A stretch of 64,000 nt of DNA. Origin: Flavobacterium sp. (lineage in GTDB: Bacteria > Bacteroidota > Bacteroidia > Flavobacteriales > Flavobacteriaceae). The DNA lies in NCBI GenBank assembly GCA_031973615.1, contig DALYCS010000001.1, positions 6,708-70,707 of the forward strand. Reading direction: 5' to 3'. Shown piece after piece: positions 9,881-20,762 of this stretch. The position numbers were made by a program, and so were the translations under genes. Under the pieces are notes generated by a model. That model was not told the origin of the DNA and searched no databases. It saw only the letters and a list, made by a program, of their open reading frames with translations. Position 1 is the stretch's first letter, and every line of letters starts with the position of its first letter.

Positions 9881-10489
9881 TTACTGTTTTTTATTTTGAT
9901 ACAACACCGGATTTAACTCCTCATCATTGTACATTTTCATTTGTTTGTACACTTTCATGTACTTATCACCCGCTTCAATATCTTCGATCAACTGACTGAT
10001 GGACACAAACATATCGTTCTTTTGATCCAACAATACATTTAATTTTTCTTGACATTTGGCACGGTGCTCTGCAGTAGCTTCGGCACGTGTTGCCTCCTCG
10101 TTCATGTGGTATATTTTTAAGGCCAAAATCGACAATCGGTCAATGGCCCAAGCCGGACTTTCGGTATTGATTTTTGCGTTTGGTTTTACCGATACATTCT
10201 TGTATTTATCTAAGAAATAACTGTCGATGTATTCCACCATATCGGTACGAACTTGGTTCGAAGCATCAATTTTTCTCTTTAAATCTAAAGCGGCAACGGG
10301 ATCAATATTTGGATCACGCACGATGTCTTCATAATGCCATTGAACGGTATCTACCCAGTTTTTTGCAAACAATAAATATTCTATAGTTCCTTTATCGAAA
10401 GGATTAACAACGGGTTGGTACACATCGTCAACAATGTGATACGTTTTGATACTTTGTTCAAAAATGGGAAATGCAAATTCGGCAAACAT
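9881..10489 (-). CDS. DUF4254-like helical protein; likely start ATG 10489
   Basis: WVDTVQWHYEDIVR and NTESPAWAIDRLSILALKIYHM motifs. Confidence 0.8.
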   Translation of the reverse strand: MFAEFAFPIFEQSIKTYHIVDDVYQPVVNPFDKGTIEYLLFAKNWVDTVQWHYEDIVRDPNIDPVAALDLKRKIDASNQVRTDMVEYIDSYFLDKYKNVSVKPNAKINTESPAWAIDRLSILALKIYHMNEEATRAEATAEHRAKCQEKLNVLLDQKNDMFVSISQLIEDIEAGDKYMKVYKQMKMYNDEELNPVLYQNKKQ

Positions 10490-10562
10490 ATTTAAGCGAT
10501 TAAATTGGCTACAAAAATAGCGATTTTTTGTACTTTTATCCTGAAAATAAAAAATAATTCCC

Positions 10563-11216
10563 ATGCGCATCCATTACCTTTCGGAAGAAAACAGCATTCT
10601 CAATCATTTTTTGGCAGAAATCCGTGATGTGAACATCCAAAAAGACCGTATGCGTTTTCGAAAAAACGTGGAACGTATTGGCGAAATTATGGCGTATGAA
10701 TTGAGTAAAACTCTCGATTATAAAGCCATTGCCGTTCAAACTCCACTTGGAGTCAAACAAACTACTGCAGTATCTGAACCGGTTGTATTGTGTTCGATTT
10801 TGCGGGCGGGGTTGGCTTTGCATCAAGGGTTTATGAATTTTTTTGATGCGGCTGAAAACGGATTTGTATCGGCTTATCGTCATCATTTTAACAACGACGA
10901 TCAATTTGAAATTTTAGTAGAATATCAAGCCACGCCTTCGTTTGAAGGGAAAAATCTAATTTTAATAGACCCCATGTTGGCTACTGGACAATCCATTGTA
11001 GCTGTTTTACAAAAATTGTATTTGGAACACCAACCCAAAGAAATTCATATTGCTGTGGCTATTGCTGCTCCTGAAGGGATTGCGTATTTAGAGAAAAACC
11101 TCCCTGCCAACTGTCATATATGGGTGGCCGCATTGGATGAAAAATTAAATGATAAAAACTACATTATTCCCGGCTTAGGCGATGCTGGGGATTTGGCGTA
11201 TGGTAGTAAGTTATAA
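10563..11216 (+). CDS. upp: Uracil phosphoribosyltransferase
   Basis: SILRAG, LIDPMLATGQS (PRPP loop) and YIIPGLGDAGD motifs. Confidence 0.96.
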   Translation: MRIHYLSEENSILNHFLAEIRDVNIQKDRMRFRKNVERIGEIMAYELSKTLDYKAIAVQTPLGVKQTTAVSEPVVLCSILRAGLALHQGFMNFFDAAENGFVSAYRHHFNNDDQFEILVEYQATPSFEGKNLILIDPMLATGQSIVAVLQKLYLEHQPKEIHIAVAIAAPEGIAYLEKNLPANCHIWVAALDEKLNDKNYIIPGLGDAGDLAYGSKL

Positions 11217-12140
11217 CTGCATTACATAGAAAAAAACCGCACAGCCTACCAAGGCATAGACCATGATTTCTCTAAGCCAATTGCTTTCGATTTTTTCGAT
11301 AAAATTGGCGCCAATTATAGCCAGAGGGGCAAAACAAAATGCCAAACTACCATTGTTTTTATTGGCCGATATAATATAAATACCAAAACCCAAAAGAAAC
11401 GAAAACAAAATTGTTTTGTGGGATGATTGCATGTTTAAGGGTTTGTTTTGAATGTCAAAAATATGCACTACAAAGGCAAATAAACTCAATGAGGTAAACA
11501 ATGCGAATGCCAATCGTTGGTAAATGTTTTCAAAATAATAAAAATCAAAACTGATATACGTTTTTCCCAATAAAGAGTTGAGCAAATTGTTGTCAAAAAA
11601 ACTATTTACCAGAAAGAACAGCAAAGAAACGGCTAATAATGCAATGAAGGGAATCACCCAATTTCTGTAATCACGAGATGCGTGGAGGATAATTGCAATA
11701 AAAACAAGGACAATGTAAAACAAACTCCAAAAGTGAAATAGTGCCGCTATTAAAATCCAAAAAGAGGCATCAAAAATCTTTTCTTTGAGCGAAAGCATGG
11801 ATTTTAATGAAATGAGTCTCCGTAATGCTAGCAATAAAAAGAAATTGGAGATGATTATGTTTTTATTTTGGAAATACGACGAGAAAAAAAGCAAAAAAAC
11901 AAAATACAAAAACAAGGCATAATTATTACTTTTTGTCAATTCGTTTTTTAACGCGATGAAATTTATCAAAAAACTTGACGCAAAAACAACCACAAAAAGC
12001 AGCACCTCTTGTAGGTAATACCCTACAGAAACATTTGATTCCGATGCAACAATATTCTTTGTAATGAAGAACACAAACAACAAAATCCCTATGGTTAAAT
12101 AATTAAATGGTCTAGTTTTACCAAAAACACTTGCTATCAT
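11211..12140 (-). CDS. Multi-pass membrane protein (DUF6427-like)
   Basis: Many hydrophobic segments; upp/purD neighbourhood typical of Flavobacteriaceae as I recall it. Confidence 0.75.
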   Translation of the reverse strand: MIASVFGKTRPFNYLTIGILLFVFFITKNIVASESNVSVGYYLQEVLLFVVVFASSFLINFIALKNELTKSNNYALFLYFVFLLFFSSYFQNKNIIISNFFLLLALRRLISLKSMLSLKEKIFDASFWILIAALFHFWSLFYIVLVFIAIILHASRDYRNWVIPFIALLAVSLLFFLVNSFFDNNLLNSLLGKTYISFDFYYFENIYQRLAFALFTSLSLFAFVVHIFDIQNKPLNMQSSHKTILFSFLLGFGIYIISANKNNGSLAFCFAPLAIIGANFIEKIESNWLREIMVYALVGCAVFFYVMQL

Positions 12141-12186
12141 GCGAATATTTTATATTTTTGTGGTGTAAATATAATACTTTATCAAA

Positions 12187-12417
12187 ATGAAATCATTTTT
12201 TGAAGGAATTGCTAGTCTTTTTGTTGACTTTTTATTTGTTCCAATGGATCTGTTCAGAGAATTAGAATTGTCTAATTGGTGGACAGCAAACATTATCAAC
12301 TGGATGTTTATTGTTATTTGTTGTGTTGCTATGACCTATTGGATTAAGCAATTGAACATTTTTAAAGCAAACAACGAAGACGCACAAGACACTACGGCGC
12401 ATTCATTTTTAAAATAA
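12187..12417 (+). CDS. Small membrane protein (DUF6341-like)
   Basis: 76 aa with WWTAN..NW and C-terminal TAHSFL; TATTTTTG -7 element upstream. Confidence 0.72.
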   Translation: MKSFFEGIASLFVDFLFVPMDLFRELELSNWWTANIINWMFIVICCVAMTYWIKQLNIFKANNEDAQDTTAHSFLK

Positions 12418-12432
12418 ATAGTTTATAGGTAA

Positions 12433-13707
12433 CTATTCTAAATCGTTACCTATATCTTTTCTATAATACATCTTATCAAAATTTAGTTTTGCTATGCTTT
12501 GGTAAGATTTTTTTATGGCTTCTTGAAAATTGGCACCGTAGGATGTTACCGCAATTACGCGTCCTCCATTACTCACTACTTTACCGTTTTCAAGCATTGT
12601 CCCCGCATGAAACGGTATGGATTCGGTAATGTTATCTAATCCAAAAATTTCTTTTCCTTTTTCATAGTCCTCGGGATATCCTCCAGAAACCACCATTATG
12701 GTTGTAGCAGCTCTTTCGTCAATATCTAAGGTAATTTTTTCTAACTCTTGATTTCCAATTGCTTCAAAAATTTCGACCAAATCAGATTTTAATCTTGGCA
12801 TTACCACTTCAGTTTCGGGATCTCCCATACGTACGTTGTATTCGATAACCATGGGTTCGCCTTTTACATTGATCAATCCGATAAACACAAAACCTTTATA
12901 TTCGATACCGTCTTTTTGTAAGCCGGCTATCGTTGGTTTTACAATGCGATTTTCGATTTTTTCCATTAAAACTGCATCGGCAAAAGGAACGGGAGAAACG
13001 GCGCCCATACCACCAGTATTTAATCCAGTGTCGCCTTCACCTATTCGTTTGTAATCTTTAGCTGTTGGTAATATTTTATAGGATTTTCCGTCTGTTAAGA
13101 CAAAACAACTCAATTCGATGCCGTCTAAAAACTCTTCGATGACAACTTTTGAACTAGCAGCTCCAAATTTGGCTCCCACCAACATATTGCGTAATTCTGT
13201 TTTTGCTTCTTCTAAATCAGACAAGATCAAAACCCCTTTTCCAGCAGCTAATCCATCTGCTTTTAATACGTATGGCGCGTCTAAAGTTTCTAAAAATTGA
13301 CATCCTTGCTCCACTGTTTCTTGGGTAAAGCTTTCATAACGCGCGGTAGGAATGTTGTGTTTTACTAAAAATTCTTTAGCAAATTCTTTACTTCCCTCCA
13401 ATTGAGCGCCTACTTTTGAAGGTCCAATTACAGGAATATGTTGTAACTGTGTATCGTTTTTAAAGTAATCGTAGATACCTAATACTAAAGGGTCTTCGGG
13501 TCCTACTACAACCATTGCAACTTTTTCTTGAAGCACAAAAGTCTTAACGGCCTCAAAATCATTTGGATGTAATGAAACATTAGTGGCAATTGCAGCTGTT
13601 CCTGCATTTCCAGGAGCAACAAAAAGAGACGTACATTTTTCGCTTTGCAGCATTTTCCAGGCCAAAGCGTGTTCGCGACCACCAGATCCAAGTAGTAAAA
13701 TTGTCAT
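12433..13707 (-). CDS. purD: Phosphoribosylamine--glycine ligase
   Basis: GSGGREHAL, VVGPEDPL, KADGLAAGKGV and GLNTGGMGA motifs. Confidence 0.98.
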   Translation of the reverse strand: MTILLLGSGGREHALAWKMLQSEKCTSLFVAPGNAGTAAIATNVSLHPNDFEAVKTFVLQEKVAMVVVGPEDPLVLGIYDYFKNDTQLQHIPVIGPSKVGAQLEGSKEFAKEFLVKHNIPTARYESFTQETVEQGCQFLETLDAPYVLKADGLAAGKGVLILSDLEEAKTELRNMLVGAKFGAASSKVVIEEFLDGIELSCFVLTDGKSYKILPTAKDYKRIGEGDTGLNTGGMGAVSPVPFADAVLMEKIENRIVKPTIAGLQKDGIEYKGFVFIGLINVKGEPMVIEYNVRMGDPETEVVMPRLKSDLVEIFEAIGNQELEKITLDIDERAATTIMVVSGGYPEDYEKGKEIFGLDNITESIPFHAGTMLENGKVVSNGGRVIAVTSYGANFQEAIKKSYQSIAKLNFDKMYYRKDIGNDLE

Positions 13708-13765
13708 TGTTTAGGTTTATTATGTTGTGCTACAAAAATACTTCGTTTTCAACAGAAAAAAAAGG

Positions 13766-15118
13766 TTAGTACGCTTTTTTCTCGCCTTTAATTGTATTAA
13801 TTATTGTAGTGAAAATAATTTTAACATCCAATAGCAATGTCCAGTTTTCGAGATAAAAAATATCGTATTTAACTCTGTTAATGATATCGGTTTCGGTTTC
13901 AACCTCACCACGAAATCCATTAATTTGGGCCAATCCCGTGATGCCTGGTTTGATAAAATGGCGCACCATAAATTTATCTACGCTTTTAGCATACATTTCG
14001 GTGTGGCTAACCATATGTGGTCTAGGACCTACAACCGACATTACGCCGAGTAATACATTGAAAAATTGGGGCAACTCATCGATACTCGTTTTTCGGATAA
14101 TTTTACCAATTTTAGTAATTCTAGGGTCATTTTTTTGCACTTGTTCTAAATCCGCATAAGGATTGAGATGCATTGAGCGAAATTTATAGCAATAAAATTC
14201 TTCATAATTTAATCCGTTTCGCTTTTGTTTAAAAAATACCGGGCCTTTCGATTCCAATCGGATCAAAACAGCAATAAGAGGTGTGATCCACGACAAGATG
14301 CCTAAAATAACTACCAAAGAAAAAACAATATCAAAAATTCGTTTCAATCGTTTATTTACTACTACATCCAAGGGAATGGTGCGCAAAGAAATAATTGGAA
14401 GATAATCGTAATATTCAACGGCTAAATTTCGCAAAAACGTATTCTTACTATCGGGTAAAAATTTGATTGTTTTTAAATTGTTGTCCGCAAAATGAATAAG
14501 ATCGTCTATTTCGTTGTTCGTTAATGAATGTAATGAGGCGTATATTTCGTCTATTTTATGGGCTACTACAAAATTTTTACACGCTTCTACTTCTTTTTGT
14601 TTATTGGTTTTGAGGTTAAAAATTTGGATCAAATGGTACCCATAATCTAAATTATTGTTGAAAAAATGGGCTAATTCTTCTGCACTTTTTCCGTTGCCGA
14701 CAATGACTACATTTCGAAAATTACCGCCATACAATAAGCGGTATTTTTTAAGAAAAACATAAATGGAATATTTTATTAATGCAACGAGAACAAAGGAGCT
14801 TAGAATATATAAACCGACTTCTTGTGTAGTTACATATTTGTACTTGTACCCAGCATAGGCAAAGGTTATTAAGCTTGTGAAAAAAAATTGTTTTAATAAT
14901 TTACCAAATATTTCCACTTCTTTAGTGTACCGATATACTTCATAATAGCCCGTGTAGTAGGAAATAATTAACCAAAAAATAGAAACGATGCTGTGATACC
15001 CAATATTACTCATAGCCGATCGCATACAAATGATAACCAATAGATTTATGGTTAATAAATCAAAAGCAATTTGTATGGGACGAATATATACGGAGTATCT
15101 GCCTGTATTATTTTTCAA
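13766..15118 (-). CDS. Undecaprenyl-phosphate sugar phosphotransferase (WcaJ-type priming glycosyltransferase)
   Basis: N-terminal TMs; KRIFDI, YKFRSM, DELPQF, MSVVGPRP and PGITGLAQ motifs; TTG start adjacent to the upstream stop. Confidence 0.93.
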   Translation of the reverse strand: MKNNTGRYSVYIRPIQIAFDLLTINLLVIICMRSAMSNIGYHSIVSIFWLIISYYTGYYEVYRYTKEVEIFGKLLKQFFFTSLITFAYAGYKYKYVTTQEVGLYILSSFVLVALIKYSIYVFLKKYRLLYGGNFRNVVIVGNGKSAEELAHFFNNNLDYGYHLIQIFNLKTNKQKEVEACKNFVVAHKIDEIYASLHSLTNNEIDDLIHFADNNLKTIKFLPDSKNTFLRNLAVEYYDYLPIISLRTIPLDVVVNKRLKRIFDIVFSLVVILGILSWITPLIAVLIRLESKGPVFFKQKRNGLNYEEFYCYKFRSMHLNPYADLEQVQKNDPRITKIGKIIRKTSIDELPQFFNVLLGVMSVVGPRPHMVSHTEMYAKSVDKFMVRHFIKPGITGLAQINGFRGEVETETDIINRVKYDIFYLENWTLLLDVKIIFTTIINTIKGEKKAY

Positions 15119-16102
15119 TTAATGGATGTAGCTTGTAAAATCTTTGTGTTCTTCTTTGCTTAAATCTTCTGCGGAAAGCGTTTTAAAATAATCATAGGTC
15201 AATTGCATGCCTTCAGCTCTTCCTACTTTTGGTTCCCAGCCCAACAACTCTTTTGCTTTTGTAATATCGGGTTGCCGTTGCATGGGATCATTAACCGGCA
15301 ACGGTTGGTATACTATTTTTTGTTGTGTTCCGGTTAATTTTATGATCTCTTGTGCAAAATCTTTGATGGTTATTTCATCGGGATTGCCAATGTTAACCGG
15401 AAGCGCATAATCGGAATGTAACAACCTATATATGCCTTCTACTTGATCGTCGACATAACAAAATGAGCGGGTTTGATTGCCCTCCCCAAAAATGGTTAAA
15501 TCTTCTCCTCGAAGGGCTTGTCCGATAAATGCAGGAATGACACGTCCGTCGTTCAATCGCATGCGCGGCCCATAGGTATTAAAAATTCGGACAATTCTAG
15601 TTTCTAAACCGTGAAAGGTATGGTAGGCCATGGTGATCGATTCTTGAAATCGTTTGGCCTCATCATAAACCCCTCGCGGGCCAATGGTGTTTACATTGCC
15701 ATAATATTCTTCCGTTTGTGGATGTACTAATGGATCACCATACACTTCTGAAGTAGAAGCGATGAGAATTCTTGCTTTTTTTACCCGGGCCAATCCTAAC
15801 AAATTATGCGTTCCTAACGACCCTACTTTTAAGGTTTGGATAGGAATTTTTAAATAATCTATGGGGCTCGCTGGGGAAGCAAAATGTAAAATATAATCTA
15901 ATTTACCAGGCACATGCACAAATTTTGTGATGTCGTGGTGGTAAAATTCGAAGTTTTTATCTTTGAAAAGATGCGCTATGTTTTTTAAATCACCCGTTAT
16001 GAGATTATCCATCCCAATAACATAATAGCCTTCATTGATAAACCGATCACAAAGATGTGAACCAAGAAATCCTGCGGCACCTGTTATTAATATTCTTTTC
16101 AT
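15119..16102 (-). CDS. UDP-glucuronic acid decarboxylase (UDP-xylose synthase) family SDR
   Basis: [31 protein letters not shown] and [10 protein letters not shown] motifs. Confidence 0.92.
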   Translation of the reverse strand: MKRILITGAAGFLGSHLCDRFINEGYYVIGMDNLITGDLKNIAHLFKDKNFEFYHHDITKFVHVPGKLDYILHFASPASPIDYLKIPIQTLKVGSLGTHNLLGLARVKKARILIASTSEVYGDPLVHPQTEEYYGNVNTIGPRGVYDEAKRFQESITMAYHTFHGLETRIVRIFNTYGPRMRLNDGRVIPAFIGQALRGEDLTIFGEGNQTRSFCYVDDQVEGIYRLLHSDYALPVNIGNPDEITIKDFAQEIIKLTGTQQKIVYQPLPVNDPMQRQPDITKAKELLGWEPKVGRAEGMQLTYDYFKTLSAEDLSKEEHKDFTSYIH

Positions 16103-16466
16103 GGGTTTTTGGTTGTTGCAAAGGCAACATTTTTTGTTTCAATTAAACGTTAAAAAAGTCAACTTATTGTTTAGATAAAAATAATATTACGAAAAAAATT
16201 AATCAAAAATAAGTCTATTAAAATAAAAACAAAAGTAAAACAAAAGTAATGAATGTTAATGTGTTTTTTTTTTGAATAAAAAGTGAAGACAATCACTTGA
16301 AATCTTGAAGTAAAAAAATTATAGGGTTTGAATATTAATTGAAAAATTGGTTTGTTTTGGAACAAAAACAAGTTCCATTTTACTTTTTTATATTACTTTT
16401 TTATATTATTTCGTTTATATGGAATAATAGAATATGGTTTTTTATATTTGCTAATAATATTTATTT

Positions 16467-17531
16467 ATGAAAAAGGCTTTAATAACAGGTATAAACGGCC
16501 AAGATGGTTCGTTTTTAGCTGAATTGTTATTAGAAAAAGGGTATGAGGTGCATGGAATTATTAGAAGAAGTTCTTCTTTTAATACCGGCAGAATTGAACA
16601 TCTCTATATTGAATCTTTGATTCAAGATTTACATAAAGATAAAAAAATTCATCTGCATTATGGAGATATGACAGATTCTACTAGTCTTATTCGATTGGTA
16701 CAACTCATACAACCTGATGAGATATATAATTTAGCCGCTCAATCTCATGTAAAAGTTTCTTTTGACATGCCTGAATACACTGCCGAAACAGATGCGATTG
16801 GGACCCTCCGGTTATTGGAAGCCATCAGAATATGTGGCTTGACAAAAAAAACTAAAATTTATCAAGCATCGACTTCCGAATTATTTGGCAAAGTTCAAGA
16901 AGTGCCCCAAAAGGAAACAACGCCTTTTTATCCAAGATCTCCTTATGGAGTTGCAAAAATTTATGCCTTTTGGATTACAAAAAATTATAGAGAATCCTAC
17001 GGTATTTTTGCAGTAAATGGTATATTATTCAATCATGAATCTGAACGGAGAGGTGAAACTTTTGTTACCAGAAAAATAACACTTTCTGCCTCAAGAATTA
17101 AACACGGGATTCAAGAAAAATTGTATTTAGGTAATCTAAACGCAATGAGAGATTGGGGTTATGCCAAAGATTATGTTGAATGTATGTGGCTCATGTTGCA
17201 ACAAAAAAATCCAGAAGATTATGTTATTGCAACTGGAATTCAGTATTCTGTTCGCTATTTTTGTGAATTAGCTTTTAAAGAAGCAGGAATAGAAATCGAA
17301 TGGATTGGTGAAAACGAAAATGAAAAAGGAATTTGTAAAAAAACTCGAAAAGTAATCATTGAAGTAGATCCAAATTATTATAGACCTACCGAAGTTGAAA
17401 GTTTATTGGGTGATCCAACAAAAGCAAAAACAAATTTGGGATGGAATCCAAATCGTACTGCTATAGAAGAATTAATAAAAATCATGATGAAACATGATCT
17501 AGAGCATGTTAAACAGGCTAAAAAATGCTAA
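16467..17531 (+). CDS. gmd: GDP-mannose 4,6-dehydratase
   Basis: [31 protein letters not shown] and LFNHES motifs. Confidence 0.97.
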   Translation: MKKALITGINGQDGSFLAELLLEKGYEVHGIIRRSSSFNTGRIEHLYIESLIQDLHKDKKIHLHYGDMTDSTSLIRLVQLIQPDEIYNLAAQSHVKVSFDMPEYTAETDAIGTLRLLEAIRICGLTKKTKIYQASTSELFGKVQEVPQKETTPFYPRSPYGVAKIYAFWITKNYRESYGIFAVNGILFNHESERRGETFVTRKITLSASRIKHGIQEKLYLGNLNAMRDWGYAKDYVECMWLMLQQKNPEDYVIATGIQYSVRYFCELAFKEAGIEIEWIGENENEKGICKKTRKVIIEVDPNYYRPTEVESLLGDPTKAKTNLGWNPNRTAIEELIKIMMKHDLEHVKQAKKC

Positions 17532-18457
17532 AAGACTCCAAAATATTTGTAGCGGGTTCAAAAGGAATGGTTGGCTCTGCTCTTGTCAGAAAATTGAATG
17601 CCAAAGGTTATCAAAATATTATTGAAAAAACATCTGGAGAATTAAACTTAATCAATCAACAATCGGTTCGTGATTTTTTTAAGCAAGAACAACCCGAATA
17701 TGTTTTTTTAGCTGCCGCAAAAGTAGGTGGTATAGTAGCAAACTATACTTATCCTGCATCTTTTATTTATGATAATTTAATGATTCAAAGCAACATAATT
17801 CAGGCTGCTTACGATTATAAAGTAAAAAAATTATTGTTTTTGGGAAGCTCTTGTATTTATCCCAAAATGGCGCCACAACCCTTAAAAGAAGAATATTTAC
17901 TCACCGGCTCATTAGAACCCACAAACGAAGCTTATGCAATTGCAAAAATTGCTGGATTGAAAATGTGTCAATACTTCAAACAACAGTATGGCTGTAATTT
18001 TATTTCGGCAATGCCCACTAATTTGTATGGAATTAATGATAATTTTGACTTGAACAATTCACATGTGTTGCCCGCTTTACTTAGAAAATTTATTGAAGCA
18101 AAGAATAATAATTTAAAGAATGTGGTTGTTTGGGGATCGGGTTCGCCCTTTCGCGAATTTTTGTTTGTAGATGATTTAGCTGAAGCCTGCTTGTTTTTAA
18201 TGGAAACGTATAATGGAAATGAAACAATAAATATTGGGACAGGAGAAGAAATTTCAATTCGGGGACTAGCAGAGTTAATCAAAGGCATCATTGGTTTTGA
18301 TGGCGAATTACTTTTTGATGCTTCAAAACCAGACGGCACACCCAGAAAACTTCTAGATGTTTCTAGATTAAATGCTTTGGGGTGGAAACACCAAACATCG
18401 CTCACTGAAGGGATAAATAAAACGCTGAGTTGGATTCGAGAAAATCCTGTTTTTTAA
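17525..18457 (+). CDS. fcl: GDP-L-fucose synthase
   Basis: [29 protein letters not shown] and KPDGTPRK motifs; overlaps the end of gmd. Confidence 0.96.
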   Translation: MLKDSKIFVAGSKGMVGSALVRKLNAKGYQNIIEKTSGELNLINQQSVRDFFKQEQPEYVFLAAAKVGGIVANYTYPASFIYDNLMIQSNIIQAAYDYKVKKLLFLGSSCIYPKMAPQPLKEEYLLTGSLEPTNEAYAIAKIAGLKMCQYFKQQYGCNFISAMPTNLYGINDNFDLNNSHVLPALLRKFIEAKNNNLKNVVVWGSGSPFREFLFVDDLAEACLFLMETYNGNETINIGTGEEISIRGLAELIKGIIGFDGELLFDASKPDGTPRKLLDVSRLNALGWKHQTSLTEGINKTLSWIRENPVF

Positions 18458-18464
18458 AACATTT

Positions 18465-19772
18465 ATGGATAAAATAATCAACAATCATATCATAATGAGC
18501 GGCTTTTATAAAGCTGTCTCTGGATTGGCAATGTTTTTTTCTATTCGCCTTTTAATTAATTATCTCGGAGCAGAAAATTATGGGTTATGGGTTCTAGTTT
18601 TCACACTATTTCAATTGGTTTTGCTTATGGATTTTGGATTGCAAAGTTCTTTAAAAACTACAATACCATTAATTCTTAAGGAAAATAATATTGACAAACT
18701 CAAAGTTTATATCAAAACTAACTATTATTTAACCATAGCACTTGCTCTCTTAATATTTATACTTTTTGTAGGAGTCATTTTATTTTTCGATTTATCGAAA
18801 ACTTTTAAAATAAATTTTCAAAATGAAACATTTGTAAAAAGCATTTTTATATTAAATATTTTTTTCTTTTGCTTAGGACTAATTGCTAACCTCCACAAAT
18901 CACTTTATGTGGCGTTTCTTAAAGGTAAGTATGCAGAAGAATCGATAGCATTTAATCAAGTTGGTATTACTTTTCTTGTGTTTTTATGCACATTTCTTTT
19001 TCCTAATATTGAAATTAAAGACAAACTCATTGCAATAACATTAATCAACGGTATTTTTACATTTTCGGTAAATATATTTTATACCTTTCAGTTTTTTAAA
19101 AGAGAAAAGTTAGATTTAAAAATAAAAAGTAATTTAAACATCTCTTATTTGGAAAATATATTAAAACTGGGGGGGAAGTTTTTAATTACTCAAGTTGGAG
19201 TAATGTTCATTTTTTCTTCTGATCAATATATAATTTCTAATGCTTTTGGCCCTGCCGGTGTAGCTATTTATGAAATCGTAAATAAGTATTTCCAATTTCC
19301 TGTATTAGTATTTATGGCGGCATTGAACCCATTATGGTCTGTTTTTGCAAAGAATTATATAGAAAAAAACAGCCGCCAACTTTTAGATACTTTCAAGAAA
19401 TTTAATACATTCTTTATTGCAATAATTATTGCTCATTTTGTCGCAATGCTATTATGTCCATTTGTTTTAAAAATTTGGATAAAGGAAGTCATAAATGTGC
19501 CAGCATATTTTATATTGTTAACTGCTTTAGTGGCGACTCTTAGAATATTTACTGTGTTCTACACTTACTTTCTTTATGGAGTAGGTCATTTAAATTTATA
19601 TATACTCGTTCTTATACTAAGTGTTGTAATAAAAGTGCCATTATCTTATCTTTTTATAAAATTAGGATTCGGAATTAATAGTGTGGTTTGGTCATCTATA
19701 GTTATCTTAATTCTTTGGACAATAATTTTCCCATTAAAAAGTTATAGAATAATTAGTAAAATTAATATTTGA
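18465..19772 (+). CDS. Wzx/MATE-like oligosaccharide flippase
   Basis: About 12 TMs; YLGAENYGLW and MDFGL motifs; position in the glycan cluster. Confidence 0.82.
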   Translation: MDKIINNHIIMSGFYKAVSGLAMFFSIRLLINYLGAENYGLWVLVFTLFQLVLLMDFGLQSSLKTTIPLILKENNIDKLKVYIKTNYYLTIALALLIFILFVGVILFFDLSKTFKINFQNETFVKSIFILNIFFFCLGLIANLHKSLYVAFLKGKYAEESIAFNQVGITFLVFLCTFLFPNIEIKDKLIAITLINGIFTFSVNIFYTFQFFKREKLDLKIKSNLNISYLENILKLGGKFLITQVGVMFIFSSDQYIISNAFGPAGVAIYEIVNKYFQFPVLVFMAALNPLWSVFAKNYIEKNSRQLLDTFKKFNTFFIAIIIAHFVAMLLCPFVLKIWIKEVINVPAYFILLTALVATLRIFTVFYTYFLYGVGHLNLYILVLILSVVIKVPLSYLFIKLGFGINSVVWSSIVILILWTIIFPLKSYRIISKINI

Positions 19773-19819
19773 AGAAATAAAATACTATTTCTTTAAATTT
19801 TAAATTAAAAAAATAAATC

Positions 19820-20569
19820 ATGAATTCTTTTTTACGTAAAAATAAATCATTTTTTCTCAAAGTTAAAAAATTTGTAAATTCAAAATTTAAAATTGATTTA
19901 GTAAGTTTTCCAACTTCAGAATTAGATAGAAGAACTAAAATTTTAAATAATTTTAAAATTTCAACCGTACTTGATGTCGGTGCAAATATTGGTCAGTTTG
20001 GTTCAGAATTGAGAAGCCTAGGTTACAAAAATAAAATTATCTCTTTTGAACCTACCTCAGATGCTTTTAGTAAATTAAAAATAGCTTCCAAAAAAGATAT
20101 AAAATGGGATGTTTTTAATTATTCTCTGGGCCATTTTGATGGTGAAACAGAAATTAATATCTCTAAAAACTCAGTAAGCAGCTCTATTTTAGATAATTTA
20201 CCTCAATTATTAGAAAGTGCTCCAGAAGCAAAATACATTAAGAAAGAAACCATTAAAATTAAAAAACTTGACACTTTATTTAATGAATTAAATTTAGAAA
20301 ATCAAAATATCTATTTAAAAATAGATACTCAAGGATTTGAAGAAAACATTTTAAATGGCGGCTTGTTTAATTTATCCAAAATAAAAATAATACAGATTGA
20401 AATGCCTTTAGTTCAAAGTTATAGTGGAACTCTGTCTTTTTTGGAAATGACAAAAAAATTAAACGATTTAAATTTTAAAATCTTTTCTATTGAAAGTGGT
20501 TATTATGATAAAAAAACAGGTAGACTTCTTGAAGTAGATGGGATATTTATTAATGAATTATTAGAGTAG
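19820..20569 (+). CDS. FkbM family methyltransferase
   Basis: VLDVGANIGQF, ISFEP and LKIDTQGFE motifs. Confidence 0.9.
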   Translation: MNSFLRKNKSFFLKVKKFVNSKFKIDLVSFPTSELDRRTKILNNFKISTVLDVGANIGQFGSELRSLGYKNKIISFEPTSDAFSKLKIASKKDIKWDVFNYSLGHFDGETEINISKNSVSSSILDNLPQLLESAPEAKYIKKETIKIKKLDTLFNELNLENQNIYLKIDTQGFEENILNGGLFNLSKIKIIQIEMPLVQSYSGTLSFLEMTKKLNDLNFKIFSIESGYYDKKTGRLLEVDGIFINELLE

Positions 20570-20762
20570 TTTATTAAGTTTTGATAATAATTTCGTTAAT
20601 GCTATTTTGGATTCACATCTATTGTAAATTGGTGTTTTTTATAAAAAATAATTTATTACAAAATAGGATGGAAATAAAATATCCCATTAGTTTTTGAAAA
20701 AAATCAAAACTATAGAAAATACTTAATTGAAAAAAAGTACATTTATCATCCAAATAAAAAAA

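Noticed and set aside
9320..9916. 198-aa plus-strand ORF
   Set aside because: Antisense shadow of the GT9 gene with no recognisable motifs
16171..16371. 66-aa hydrophobic ORF in the glycan promoter region
   Set aside because: Non-ATG start; Phe/Ile richness comes from A/T tracts
17968..18405. 145-aa minus-strand ORF, and the many other 60-120 aa ORFs nested in long genes (e.g. 384-623, 5308-5670, 10536-10904, 33249-33575, 34472-34816, 61501-61806)
   Set aside because: Antisense or alternate-frame shadows of well-supported genes; no independent signals
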